From positions 91,229 to 155,228 of IMG/VR virus record IMGVR_UViG_3300032236_001530: a stretch of 64,000 bases of DNA; one strand, given 5' to 3'. This document shows, piece by piece, positions 1 to 9,153 of this stretch. The notes under the pieces were generated by a model. That model saw only the letters and a list, made by a program, of their open reading frames with translations. It made no database searches and was not told the DNA's origin. The position numbers and the translations under genes were made by a program. Source of the stretch: a virus. Position 1 is the first letter of the stretch. Each line of letters opens with the position of its first letter.

Positions 1-98
1 GAATACATGCCTGTTAAACTATTATCAAGTGTGATTTCTTTTTGAGCGTATGTCTTTATTGTAAGTAGTGTTAGTAAAATAAATAATATTTTTTTCAT
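1..98 (-). CDS. Secreted protein, 5' part only (MKKILFILLTLLTIKTYAQKEITLDNSLTGMY...); not in ORF track
   Basis: Hand translation from ATG at 98; basic N-terminus, hydrophobic core and A-Q cleavage site typical of Bacteroidota Sec signal peptides. Confidence 0.7.
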   Translation of the reverse strand, partial: MKKILFILLTLLTIKTYAQKEITLDNSLTGMY

Positions 99-183
99 CG
101 TAGTGATTATTTTTGTCTAATTATATATAAATAAAAATTTTTAAAAAAATAGAAAAATATATAAAATAAAAATATTAATCACT

Positions 184-318
184 ATGGCAAAAGCTACTAC
201 ACAACCTGTTAAATCTTTTTCTTCTAAACCTAAGAAAAGAGGCAAGTACTCTAAAAAAGAAAGTTCTAATAAAACATCAAAGAACTATAAGAAAAAATAC
301 AGAGGTCAAGGTAGATAA
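184..318 (+). CDS. Small basic protein, 44 aa, ending KKYRGQGR; not in ORF track
   Basis: MAKATTQPVKSFSSKPKKRGKYSKKESSNKTSKNYKKKYRGQGR*; similar YRGQG C-termini occur in small basic proteins of T4-like phages. Confidence 0.75.
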   Translation: MAKATTQPVKSFSSKPKKRGKYSKKESSNKTSKNYKKKYRGQGR

Positions 319-348
319 ACAATTTTGCTATTAGTGTCTATAAACACT

Positions 349-690
349 ATGTTTATTTCACAAATATTTTGGGTTAATTTTATACTATTCATTTGGTTTG
401 AAACTGATGGCTTTATAGAGTATGCAAAAATATTTAAGATAAGTAAGTATTTTAAGATTGATGATTTTGAATTGTATAAAAAAGAATCGAATCCATCAAT
501 TACATATCACTCATATATAAGACAAAAACACAATAGCTTTTTATCGAGATTAGTAACATGTGTGCCTTGTTTTAACTTTTGGGTTGTTCTTATAGTTGCT
601 TTATTTTTTAATAGTTTATCAATTTATCCAATTCTTTACATAATGAGTTATGTAATATATAGATTATTAAAAAAGTATATCTATGGCTAG
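349..690 (+). CDS. Small membrane protein (DUF1360-like CxxC...W motif)
   Basis: Hydrophobic segments and LVTCVPCFNFWV; ATG at 349 preferred over TTG at 325. Confidence 0.55.
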   Translation: MFISQIFWVNFILFIWFETDGFIEYAKIFKISKYFKIDDFELYKKESNPSITYHSYIRQKHNSFLSRLVTCVPCFNFWVVLIVALFFNSLSIYPILYIMSYVIYRLLKKYIYG

Positions 691-943
691 TATAACCAGA
701 AATCTAAATATTGAATCAAAAAAACATCTTTATAGATTAATTAACACCAATGAAGAGTTGTCATCTAATAAGATTTTTTTACCATTTATGGATTCAATGC
801 AGGATTATTTTTATGGTTGTAAATGTAATATAGATATTTATGAATTAAAATCAAACGAACAATATAATAGTTTATCAAGTAATCAAGAAGCGTTATTAAA
901 ACTAAAAGATTACTTTAGATGTCAAGAGATTATTTTTAACTAA
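683..943 (+). CDS. Hypothetical protein
   Basis: ORF overlapping the upstream stop, followed by a terminator. Confidence 0.6.
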   Translation: MASITRNLNIESKKHLYRLINTNEELSSNKIFLPFMDSMQDYFYGCKCNIDIYELKSNEQYNSLSSNQEALLKLKDYFRCQEIIFN

Positions 944-970
944 AAAAGCCACTTAATGAGTGGCTTTTTT
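942..970. terminator. Bidirectional intrinsic terminator
   Basis: AAAAAAGCCACT-TAATG-AGTGGCTTTTTT between convergent genes. Confidence 0.85.
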
Positions 971-987
971 AATTTAGTTTTGATAGA

Positions 988-1404
988 TTATTGAACTGAA
1001 ACAACTTCAATATCAAAAATAAGTTCTTTACCAGCAAAAGGGTGATTGCCGTCAATCACTGCGTGATCTTCATGCACTTCTTTAACCATAACATTAACTG
1101 GCATACCGTTATCAGCTTGTGCTTGTAATGACATACCAACTTCAACTGGTCCAGGTAATTGAGAACTTGGTACCTTTACTACTAAGTCTTCTCTAACTTC
1201 ACCATATGCTTCAGCTGGTGGAATGCTTACAGTTACTTTATCTCCAACATTTTTACCAATAATAGCATTTTCAAAACCAGGAATAATTTGTCCTGTTCCT
1301 ACTGTAAAAGATAAAGGTGCTTTTCCTTCTGATGAGTCGAAAACTTCACCATCAGTGAGTCTTCCTGTGTAATGCACATTTACTGTGCTTCCATTTTGTA
1401 TCAT
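988..1404 (-). CDS. FKBP-type peptidyl-prolyl isomerase (SlyD/SlpA family, no His-rich tail)
   Basis: VHYTGRLTDGEVFDSS, IIPGFENA, PAEAYG, DGNHPFAGKELIFDIEV. Confidence 0.95.
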   Translation of the reverse strand: MIQNGSTVNVHYTGRLTDGEVFDSSEGKAPLSFTVGTGQIIPGFENAIIGKNVGDKVTVSIPPAEAYGEVREDLVVKVPSSQLPGPVEVGMSLQAQADNGMPVNVMVKEVHEDHAVIDGNHPFAGKELIFDIEVVSVQ

Positions 1405-1443
1405 TTGATTATTCTTTTTTTATTTGTATATAATAAGTATAAT

Positions 1444-1465
1444 AAAGTTTATCATATTAAACTTT
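1444..1465. promoter_or_regulatory. Back-to-back TAAACTTT elements of a putative middle promoter class (AAAC-N17-ATAWAA)
   Basis: TAAACTTT at 1444-1451 (-) and 1458-1465 (+); the same bipartite motif precedes clpP, the polymerase, infC, the clamp and the uvsY operon. Confidence 0.6.
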
Positions 1466-1490
1466 TATTGTAAAATTTGATAAAAATATC

Positions 1491-2168
1491 GTGAGAGAAT
1501 CTTTTACGGAATATAAAAAAACATTAGAACAAAATCTAATGAACATCAGTTATTTATATAACGGTGATGTTATTTCGTCTATAGATTCTAGCTATACTGA
1601 AATTAAAAACTCACCTCTCACATCACCGAGTTTTATGATTAATAGTATAGTTAACATATATCAAGAAAGCTTTGATATAATGGTTGGTAAGTCTAAAGAG
1701 TTTGTGATACCAGAAGAATCTATAGCTGGCTTAGGTAAACAAGGAAATCTATTTGATAAAATATCTGAATTAGGTATAAAAGCAAATTATATTTTTTGTT
1801 CTGATAAAGGTAAAAAGTTATTTGGTTTGAGTAGCAACTTCTCAACAAATACAAGTGCTTTCCCATCATACTTTTATAGTATAGACAAGTATGTTGGTCT
1901 AAATATAGAAGTATTTAATTCACCTCTTATAAAAGAAGACAGTGATGAAATGGTTCTGTATGTTTTTGATAGGTCTATACAGAGTTTAGTATATTCTATA
2001 CAAAATATGGAGTATTCTATTGTTCCAAATGATAAAGATAACTTTGAGTGGAATCACACAATAAGTTATAAATTATATGATTGTAAATTCAACTCATATA
2101 AATTATCAATAAGAAATGTCTCTCGATTGAGGCACGATAAAATTAATAAAATATTAGATGGTAATTGA
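1491..2168 (+). CDS. Hypothetical protein with weak similarity to a capsid A-domain segment; C-terminal RHDKINKIL motif
   Basis: ANYIFCS...VGLNIEVFNSP resembles the gp23 NFIIAS...GKYRVYIDQ region. Confidence 0.55.
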   Translation: MRESFTEYKKTLEQNLMNISYLYNGDVISSIDSSYTEIKNSPLTSPSFMINSIVNIYQESFDIMVGKSKEFVIPEESIAGLGKQGNLFDKISELGIKANYIFCSDKGKKLFGLSSNFSTNTSAFPSYFYSIDKYVGLNIEVFNSPLIKEDSDEMVLYVFDRSIQSLVYSIQNMEYSIVPNDKDNFEWNHTISYKLYDCKFNSYKLSIRNVSRLRHDKINKILDGN

Positions 2169-2544
2169 TTTGTCAGATATACCTTTTGTTCATTCCGGTA
2201 GTTATCGAGACGAGTGTAGAGTAAAAGGTAATAAACTACTAACTGAGCTTAATAGAATAAATATTAATATGTCAACTAAACATAATTATATAATCATACC
2301 GGTTAGTATTTATAATCTTTTAGAGATAAATGATAGTTTTATATCTTTAGAAAAGTCCGCTAATACATATGATGGTCCAATTAAAGTTGGCTTGATTGGT
2401 GAGTTTATTTGCTATTTAGATATACATTTACCGCCAAATGAAATTATTGTTTCTTGGGATAGACAAACATCAAGAAATGTTAAATTAGATTCTATATTAA
2501 ATGATACATTTGAAAAAGAAAAAAGAATTAAGGTTATATCTTAA
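2158..2544 (+). CDS. Small protein resembling an isolated gp23-type capsid A-domain; RNVKLDSIL motif near C-terminus
   Basis: NKLLTELNR..HNYIIIPVSIYNLL..KVGLIGEFICYLDIHLPPNEIIV. Confidence 0.5.
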   Translation: MVIDLSDIPFVHSGSYRDECRVKGNKLLTELNRININMSTKHNYIIIPVSIYNLLEINDSFISLEKSANTYDGPIKVGLIGEFICYLDIHLPPNEIIVSWDRQTSRNVKLDSILNDTFEKEKRIKVIS

Positions 2545-4394
2545 TTCTTTTTGTTTATATAGCTTTCAAATTTTGCTATTATTTTCTTGTTTACATTATC
2601 TATAGTCATTAAACTCTTTCTATCTGGTTTCATGCCTTTTGTAGCACCAGCCTTTAAGAATTCATCTCTTGTCACAGGTACTGGTTGTCCAGTCTTTTTA
2701 TCAACTATATTATATTCAAAGTTTTCATTTGTGTCTTGTCCTAATAATTCAACACCTTTTGTGTCGTATTCAACTTCACCACCTTGGTTAGCTATATCTA
2801 TTTTTGATTTTAATACATTAACAAAATCTTTAGCAACTGTTTTAAGAACATCAACATACTTTTCAGTATTATAAGCTATTTTAAGAGCTGGTTTATTATA
2901 CTTTAAGAAGTTGAAACCAGAGATATTTGTAATTGAAGGGTGACCACCTGAGTTTCTAATAATAAGTTCCCATGCAGGTATTTTGATATTACTTAAATAT
3001 GTTTTTTGGTCAGGAGCTAAATCACTAAACGAAACATCCATATACTCTCTCAACTCTGGATTGTTAATATCAACATTAACAATTTTACCATCTTTCTTCT
3101 CATACATACAATCTTTGTAAAAAGCTTCTAAATCAGTCCATCTAAACCCAACACCTTCATAATCCTCACCTTCTGCTTTTTGCATTGCTTTCCAATCTTG
3201 AGATGTTTCAAATTCTTTTTTAAGAGATTCTAATGAAACATAAAATCTTTTTAATACTGATTCATGTTTTGCTAAAACTTCTTTAGCTATTTCACCTAAG
3301 TTAATTTCTTTTAACTTCTTTTCTTTGAATGGATTACAAGAAACTTGTAATAACCCCATTGGCCAAGCAATACAGTTAAAGTCAGCCTCTGGGTTGTTTT
3401 TGAATACCACATATCTATCATATGAACCAGCTTTAATCATATTACCACCACCATATTGAGTAACGATTTTATAATCAGAGTCAAAGTTAACACCTTTGCC
3501 AATTTTAGCGCCAGTTGATAATAGATTTTTATGTCTCCAATTTGTTGGATCATATTCGGTCACATCACCTGTATTTGGATCTTCAATGAAACTATAATTC
3601 TTCATTCTATCAATGTAAGAGTTTAAGTTATCTGTAATTTCTTCAGGTGTTGCTAATCTTCCTAATTTATCAGAAGTTTTAGCATTACTAATATAATGTT
3701 TAATGTTGTTAAACATTGAGTATAAACTACCTGTAGAATCCAAAGTTAAACATTCAAGAATATTTTTATTAATATGATTTCTCTTACCATCTAAAGATTT
3801 AACAGTGATTCTTTTATTTTTATAAGCCAATAATAATCTATTAACTACAAAACCCATCATAAATCTATTCTTAGCTGGTGTTTCAGCTCTATCTTGTGTA
3901 AAGATTGCTTTTTGTACATCTTCTGGTTTGATATTATATGTTAAAAAGTTAGCTGAGTCAACTGTTTTAATTAGTTCAATATCTTGAGGTGTAAAAATAT
4001 CAGAGTATGATATTTCACCAGAAAGTATCTCAACATTTGAACGAGCATGTTTGAAGTATGTTGATTTAGTATCTTCAGCACCAACTTGTTTATCATGATG
4101 ATCTGATTGAATGTGGAACATTGGCTTACCGTGAGCAAAGTCAACTAGCACACAAAGGTTACCCTCTTGGTGATGCTTAATAGCGTATTCTAAACCACCA
4201 TATTGTATAATATGACAATCAACAGTTTCTATTTGATAGTAATTCTTTAAGAATTCTTTCATAGCAATAGCTGATGTAACACCATCTAAGTCTTTGTGGA
4301 AATAAATCTCTGCAGTTTTATGAAGCTTTGCTATCTTAGAAATGTTTTTAAGACCTACTTCCTCGTTTAGGAAATTTTGATATTTTTTTATCAT
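2541..4394 (-). CDS. DHH/DHHA1-family phosphoesterase with N-terminal CTS-like peptide
   Basis: HKDLDG, VDF, SDHH and C-terminal GGH motifs; starts MIKKYQNFLNEE. Confidence 0.8.
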   Translation of the reverse strand: MIKKYQNFLNEEVGLKNISKIAKLHKTAEIYFHKDLDGVTSAIAMKEFLKNYYQIETVDCHIIQYGGLEYAIKHHQEGNLCVLVDFAHGKPMFHIQSDHHDKQVGAEDTKSTYFKHARSNVEILSGEISYSDIFTPQDIELIKTVDSANFLTYNIKPEDVQKAIFTQDRAETPAKNRFMMGFVVNRLLLAYKNKRITVKSLDGKRNHINKNILECLTLDSTGSLYSMFNNIKHYISNAKTSDKLGRLATPEEITDNLNSYIDRMKNYSFIEDPNTGDVTEYDPTNWRHKNLLSTGAKIGKGVNFDSDYKIVTQYGGGNMIKAGSYDRYVVFKNNPEADFNCIAWPMGLLQVSCNPFKEKKLKEINLGEIAKEVLAKHESVLKRFYVSLESLKKEFETSQDWKAMQKAEGEDYEGVGFRWTDLEAFYKDCMYEKKDGKIVNVDINNPELREYMDVSFSDLAPDQKTYLSNIKIPAWELIIRNSGGHPSITNISGFNFLKYNKPALKIAYNTEKYVDVLKTVAKDFVNVLKSKIDIANQGGEVEYDTKGVELLGQDTNENFEYNIVDKKTGQPVPVTRDEFLKAGATKGMKPDRKSLMTIDNVNKKIIAKFESYINKKN

Positions 4395-4395
4395 A

Positions 4396-4809
4396 TTATT
4401 TTATATAATTTTGATCTGTTTTTCTATATATTAATATATTCAAGTGTTTATTTTCAATGTATTCTTTATGTATATAATAACCTAAATCATCTAATCTTAG
4501 TGATGCAACTTCCATTATTTCTTTATACTCTTCAGAGTTTTTCAAATTGGTAAGTTCATTATTTATTTTCCAAAGACTCTCTTGAAAAGGTCCCCAGTTT
4601 TTACCAATACTAATTTGAATGTAAGTAATTAAAGCAAATTTTAATGCTGATTCATCGGTGTTTTTAAAATCAAATAGTTTTTTTAAAAATCTAACATCAA
4701 CTATCCAACCGTTATCTGATATATCAGTGAATAAAAATTCAATATCTTCAGGTGTTAACTTAGATTCAGGTGATAGATGTATATTTTCAAACTTTTTTAA
4801 GTATTTCAT
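4396..4809 (-). CDS. Hypothetical protein with CTS-like N-terminus
   Basis: Starts MKYLKKFEN. Confidence 0.7.
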   Translation of the reverse strand: MKYLKKFENIHLSPESKLTPEDIEFLFTDISDNGWIVDVRFLKKLFDFKNTDESALKFALITYIQISIGKNWGPFQESLWKINNELTNLKNSEEYKEIMEVASLRLDDLGYYIHKEYIENKHLNILIYRKTDQNYIK

Positions 4810-6203
4810 TATTTCTTACCAAGCAATCCTTTTCCATAACCTTTTATAGTTCCTTTGGTTTCACCTTTAGTCTCGGTGTCAAATTTCGTATCAAAGAAGT
4901 TATTATTATCTGTAACTATTTTAACATCAGCATCCATAGTAGCATAAGGTCCTAATTTACCTGAACGATAAACACCACCAAACATATCACCATTCAAGTA
5001 ACCTTCCATAAAGTAACAACCTGTTAAATCAGAAGATTCTACTTTACAATTAAGAACTTTTGAGTTTTGTGCTGACGATTGTTGTAATTTACATTTTGTC
5101 ATTTGTGAGTTTTTAATCTCTGACCCTACAAAAAAGCAATCTTCAAATATACCCTCAACTTGACAATTTATTAAATCATATCCTTTTAGTGTTGATGTTG
5201 ATTTTATTTTAGCATCAACTATTTCCATTGTTTGTGTTGATGTTACATAGTTTACTATACATTCTTTTAATTCAGATGTTGAATCTATTAAGTTATAGAG
5301 TTTTGAGTATATACTATTATAATATGATGTTACCATATCATAGTTCATATTTTGGTCAATTTGTAATTGAATGGTTGGAAAGTCTATAATAAAGTTATCA
5401 TACTTTGAGAAATTTTTAAATGTAGAAATATTCTTTTCTAAATGTTCTTCAAGTTTATTAACATCCTCCGCATTAAAATCAACATCAATTGCGTCATAAA
5501 CATTAATGATAAATCTGTCCATGAAGTAAATTAAATTACCTATATTCTTTTCATAATCCTTACCACCAACATATCTTAATTCAAGTCTTTGAGAGTCCTT
5601 ATCGTTATTAATATGTAAGAAGTTGATACCGTAGTATTTATCATTTGGTGTTCTTAAATTATTCTTTACAACACTAATTGGGATATTAAAGAAGTCATAT
5701 TCTTTATAAGGAATCATTTTCTTTACTGACTTAGCGTAAACATTATCTTTTCTTGATGGGTAAACTCTATAAATTTCTTCTTCATCAGTATTTAGAATCA
5801 GTTTAAGAATATTCAAATCATTTAGATTCTTATCATCATCATTAAATGATAAGTTAAAGTGAATAGATGATTTTTCATTAGTTTGACCATGTGTTTGAAT
5901 AAATTTAACTATTTTAACTAAATAGTATTTAGCATCATAGTAGCTTAATGGACCAGTTACTAACTCAACCATGTTTGAACCACCTGATAAATCCGGTTCA
6001 ATTTTGAAATTCTTTTCATCTGGTGTGAAACCAGAGTGGTATTCTCTAAATCCCCAAACTTTCACAGGTGCTAACTCTTGGTTTAATAACTCCATTGCTT
6101 TATAGAAAGATAATTCTTTCATATAAAATTCAAATTCAAAGCCAACACGAGCATGCTTTAATTTATTTGATTGGTTTAGAAATTTATCCGAATACTTCTT
6201 CAT
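4809..6203 (-). CDS. Putative amidoligase (COOH-NH2 ligase type) with C-terminal beta-helix-like repeats
   Basis: GFEFEF, EPDLSG..MVELVTGPL, SIHFNLS, KYYGIN, ELRY motifs; I/L-x-x-C/S pentapeptide-like tail. Confidence 0.75.
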   Translation of the reverse strand: MKKYSDKFLNQSNKLKHARVGFEFEFYMKELSFYKAMELLNQELAPVKVWGFREYHSGFTPDEKNFKIEPDLSGGSNMVELVTGPLSYYDAKYYLVKIVKFIQTHGQTNEKSSIHFNLSFNDDDKNLNDLNILKLILNTDEEEIYRVYPSRKDNVYAKSVKKMIPYKEYDFFNIPISVVKNNLRTPNDKYYGINFLHINNDKDSQRLELRYVGGKDYEKNIGNLIYFMDRFIINVYDAIDVDFNAEDVNKLEEHLEKNISTFKNFSKYDNFIIDFPTIQLQIDQNMNYDMVTSYYNSIYSKLYNLIDSTSELKECIVNYVTSTQTMEIVDAKIKSTSTLKGYDLINCQVEGIFEDCFFVGSEIKNSQMTKCKLQQSSAQNSKVLNCKVESSDLTGCYFMEGYLNGDMFGGVYRSGKLGPYATMDADVKIVTDNNNFFDTKFDTETKGETKGTIKGYGKGLLGKK

Positions 6204-6209
6204 ATTACT

Positions 6210-6220
6210 TATATATTAAA
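6210..6220 (-). promoter_or_regulatory. Putative late promoter TTTAATATATA (representative copy)
   Basis: 6 nt upstream of ATG 6203; about 20 similar copies upstream of genes in the window. Confidence 0.75.
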
Positions 6221-6310
6221 ATCAAGTTCTCAAAATTAAATTACTTAAAATCAGGAGGGACAATATGTTTTTTATATATATTTCAATATTATAAAAATAA
6301 TTAATAGTAA

Positions 6311-6700
6311 GTGGAGTTCTTTTGTGTTTATTGTAAAACCCGCAAAAAAGTAGATAAGTTTATTAAGGTTAACCGAATAAAGAATAAGTACATTATCGAT
6401 ATAAAAAAGATAATGGAAGAAGAAGAGGTTAGTTTTGAAGACGATAAGATGTATCTGAAGGTGCTAATCTTTCAAAAGATACAGCAGGCAATAGATAAAA
6501 AGAAAGACATCTACTACATACCCGACTTCGAAAACGAGTTTTCAATCGAAAAACTACTCAATCTTAAAAAGATTCTCGGTGAGAATAACTTCAATGTTTT
6601 AATATTTTATAATGAATTCCGAAAAAACCCGGAAATAATCGATGATGTTTTTTCAAACCTTTCCAAATTTTCAAACTCACAAATAATAAGAGATTACTAA
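6311..6700 (+). CDS. Hypothetical protein (GTG start)
   Basis: 129-aa ORF filling the gap between flanking genes. Confidence 0.65.
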   Translation: MEFFCVYCKTRKKVDKFIKVNRIKNKYIIDIKKIMEEEEVSFEDDKMYLKVLIFQKIQQAIDKKKDIYYIPDFENEFSIEKLLNLKKILGENNFNVLIFYNEFRKNPEIIDDVFSNLSKFSNSQIIRDY

Positions 6701-6703
6701 TAG

Positions 6704-6714
6704 TTTAATATATA
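6704..6714 (+). promoter_or_regulatory. Putative late promoter TTTAATATATA
   Basis: Upstream of the baseplate gene block. Confidence 0.75.
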
Positions 6715-6734
6715 ATAAAAATTAAATTATTAAC

Positions 6735-8645
6735 ATGGCTTTTAATAGATCTATTTTAGGTGGCTCTCCTCTTGGTCTCATTGGTGTAAGAAGTTATTAC
6801 GATGCTAATGGATTATCTACATTTAATGCGGGTAAAAGTAGAAATATTAAGGTACCTGATTATAATAAAACATCCAGCTCAGCTGGTATGTTATATGGTA
6901 ATAGTTTATTTTCTGGATATAGAGTTTTAAGAGCTTGGCCAAATGTTAGTACTGATGACCCAAAGGGGTTGAATGATATTGATTATATTAATAAAAAAGA
7001 CAAGTCTACAAGAAGAGAACTACATAACAATTCTGTTTATGATACCAGTGTTCTTAATATAATTGAGAAGCTATCAGGTACAAAAGCTCAATTAAGACCA
7101 GCGGACTTTGCTTATTTGAAAAATATTGGTGTTTATCCAAATAATAGATTAATGATAGCTAGAAGATTTGCTTCTCCTGTTGATGATAATATAATGGTTC
7201 CTAAAAAAGATTCTGAACTATCATCATTTGCTACTTTAATAAGTTGGGTTCCTGAAAATGAAAACTTTTTATCATTTACATTTGGTGAAGAGTGGACTGA
7301 TTCAGAGGCAGATTTCACCAATATACTTACATCATTGGGTCAAGATGTTGGTTTGGGTAATTTAGGTGGTATATCCGGCGCTGCTGGTAATATTCTACCT
7401 TTACCTGGGTTTACTGAAATATTTCAAAGAAATTTTTTAGCTAAATTAGGTCTAATAGAAAATGATGCTAAAAATTCAATACCAGCTGGTAATCCTAACT
7501 TAATTAAACAATCTAAAAGAAGAAAATTAGTGGGTTACTCTGATGCGGGTTCTGGTTTGAAAACCACTGTTAATATTAAAATGACTTGTGAGTATGAATT
7601 AAAATACATATCTGGTATTGATCCTACAATTGTTTGGATGGATTTACTTGGTATGATTACAAGATTTGGTACTTCTAATAGTGAAACATATGGTTTGAGT
7701 AAATCTGCTGGTGCTAAAATGATAACTTGGGCTAATAATCCTAATCAGTTAATAAGTGATGCTGCACAAGCTATATCTGATGCTATAAAAGGAATAGTTG
7801 ATGAAATAAAAGCCGCAATCGAGAAGGCTTATAACGCAACCAAAGAGGCGAATAAATCTCTATCAAATACCGTAAATGATAATACACAGGAGAAACCAGC
7901 ACCTATAAGTGACCAAGCAGCGGCTAATAAAGCAAACGAGGCACAAAAAGCCGAATCCTTAAATGTATTAAAGGGTATAGAAGGTACAATTGGTAAAATT
8001 GGAACTGATATAATTTCTGGCTTACTTCAAAAATATAGGGTTAAGATAATAGGTGTTATTAATTCATTAACTGGTTTACCATCTACACCTTGGCACATAA
8101 CAGTTGGTAATCCAATGAGACCTACATTTTGCTCAGGTGACATGTTAGTTGAGCAAGTTGAAGTAAGATTAGGACCAATATTAGCCTTTAATGATCTTCC
8201 ATCATCTATAAGTGTTGAGTTTAACATGACTAACGCCAGACCTTGGGGTTTGCAAGAGATAATGGCTAAGTTTAATAGTGGTTATTTAAGAACAGTTGAT
8301 GTGCAAAAATCATTCTATGAAACAAATAAAGTAACAGGCGCTGATAATGTTACTTATAATGAGCCTGTTGGTATATTACCACTTAATGATTTTGTCTATG
8401 CGACAGCTAGCACTACCGGTTCAAGTGGATCTAGTGGTGTGTCTGGTTCAAGTGCTGGTCAATCAGGAACAAATGCAAATCCATCAAATAGTGGAACTAG
8501 TGGTGTTGTTAGTACGGATTCTACTACAGGTAATCCAGTTACTACATCAGTAGATCCAAATAATGTTACCAAGGCAAAAGGTGGTAAACAAGTAGATAAT
8601 GCTACTATGAATAAAGATGCTTCACAAAGTATTTATAATAAATAA
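6735..8645 (+). CDS. Probable baseplate/tail structural protein
   Basis: Late promoter, position directly before a gp53-like gene, PWHITVGNP..GDMLVEQV..DLPSSISVEF C-terminal domain, Ser/Gly-rich tail. Confidence 0.55.
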   Translation: MAFNRSILGGSPLGLIGVRSYYDANGLSTFNAGKSRNIKVPDYNKTSSSAGMLYGNSLFSGYRVLRAWPNVSTDDPKGLNDIDYINKKDKSTRRELHNNSVYDTSVLNIIEKLSGTKAQLRPADFAYLKNIGVYPNNRLMIARRFASPVDDNIMVPKKDSELSSFATLISWVPENENFLSFTFGEEWTDSEADFTNILTSLGQDVGLGNLGGISGAAGNILPLPGFTEIFQRNFLAKLGLIENDAKNSIPAGNPNLIKQSKRRKLVGYSDAGSGLKTTVNIKMTCEYELKYISGIDPTIVWMDLLGMITRFGTSNSETYGLSKSAGAKMITWANNPNQLISDAAQAISDAIKGIVDEIKAAIEKAYNATKEANKSLSNTVNDNTQEKPAPISDQAAANKANEAQKAESLNVLKGIEGTIGKIGTDIISGLLQKYRVKIIGVINSLTGLPSTPWHITVGNPMRPTFCSGDMLVEQVEVRLGPILAFNDLPSSISVEFNMTNARPWGLQEIMAKFNSGYLRTVDVQKSFYETNKVTGADNVTYNEPVGILPLNDFVYATASTTGSSGSSGVSGSSAGQSGTNANPSNSGTSGVVSTDSTTGNPVTTSVDPNNVTKAKGGKQVDNATMNKDASQSIYNK

Positions 8646-8660
8646 AAATAATAAAATAGA

Positions 8661-9146
8661 ATGGACATAACATCACTATCTCAATTAAATTACAACTCAA
8701 CAACTAAGTTGTTTAATGTTTATTATCCTCAATTTATTTATACTAAGAGTAGTCTTTATACATATGTTGTTCAGGGTGGTGAAGAGATGAGAATTGATTT
8801 GGTTATGTTATCTATGTATAACAACGATGATTCGGTTTTGAGTAGCATTGATGTTATATTATTTATTAATGGTATTGATAACCCTTTAAATATTTATGAA
8901 GGTGATACTCTTTACTACCCACCACAAGAATCTTTAGATAGTTATAGATATGTGTTTGAAGAAGGTAGCACACCAGGTCAAAATATTAGACAAGCTCTTG
9001 CTGTTCCTAATAAAACAACGGTTAAGGATAGTAGTAGAAAGAAATTTGTTGATAATGGATTCTCTCTACCACCTGTTGTTTTGGATGAGACCAAATCACC
9101 GGTTAGATTAGAGAATGGTAATATTGTTATCGGTGGATTAAATTAA
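8661..9146 (+). CDS. Baseplate wedge protein, T4 gp53-like (LysM-like)
   Basis: YVVQGGEEMRIDLV...ILFINGIDNPLNIYEGDTLYYP. Confidence 0.7.
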   Translation: MDITSLSQLNYNSTTKLFNVYYPQFIYTKSSLYTYVVQGGEEMRIDLVMLSMYNNDDSVLSSIDVILFINGIDNPLNIYEGDTLYYPPQESLDSYRYVFEEGSTPGQNIRQALAVPNKTTVKDSSRKKFVDNGFSLPPVVLDETKSPVRLENGNIVIGGLN

Positions 9147-9153
9147 TTAAGTT

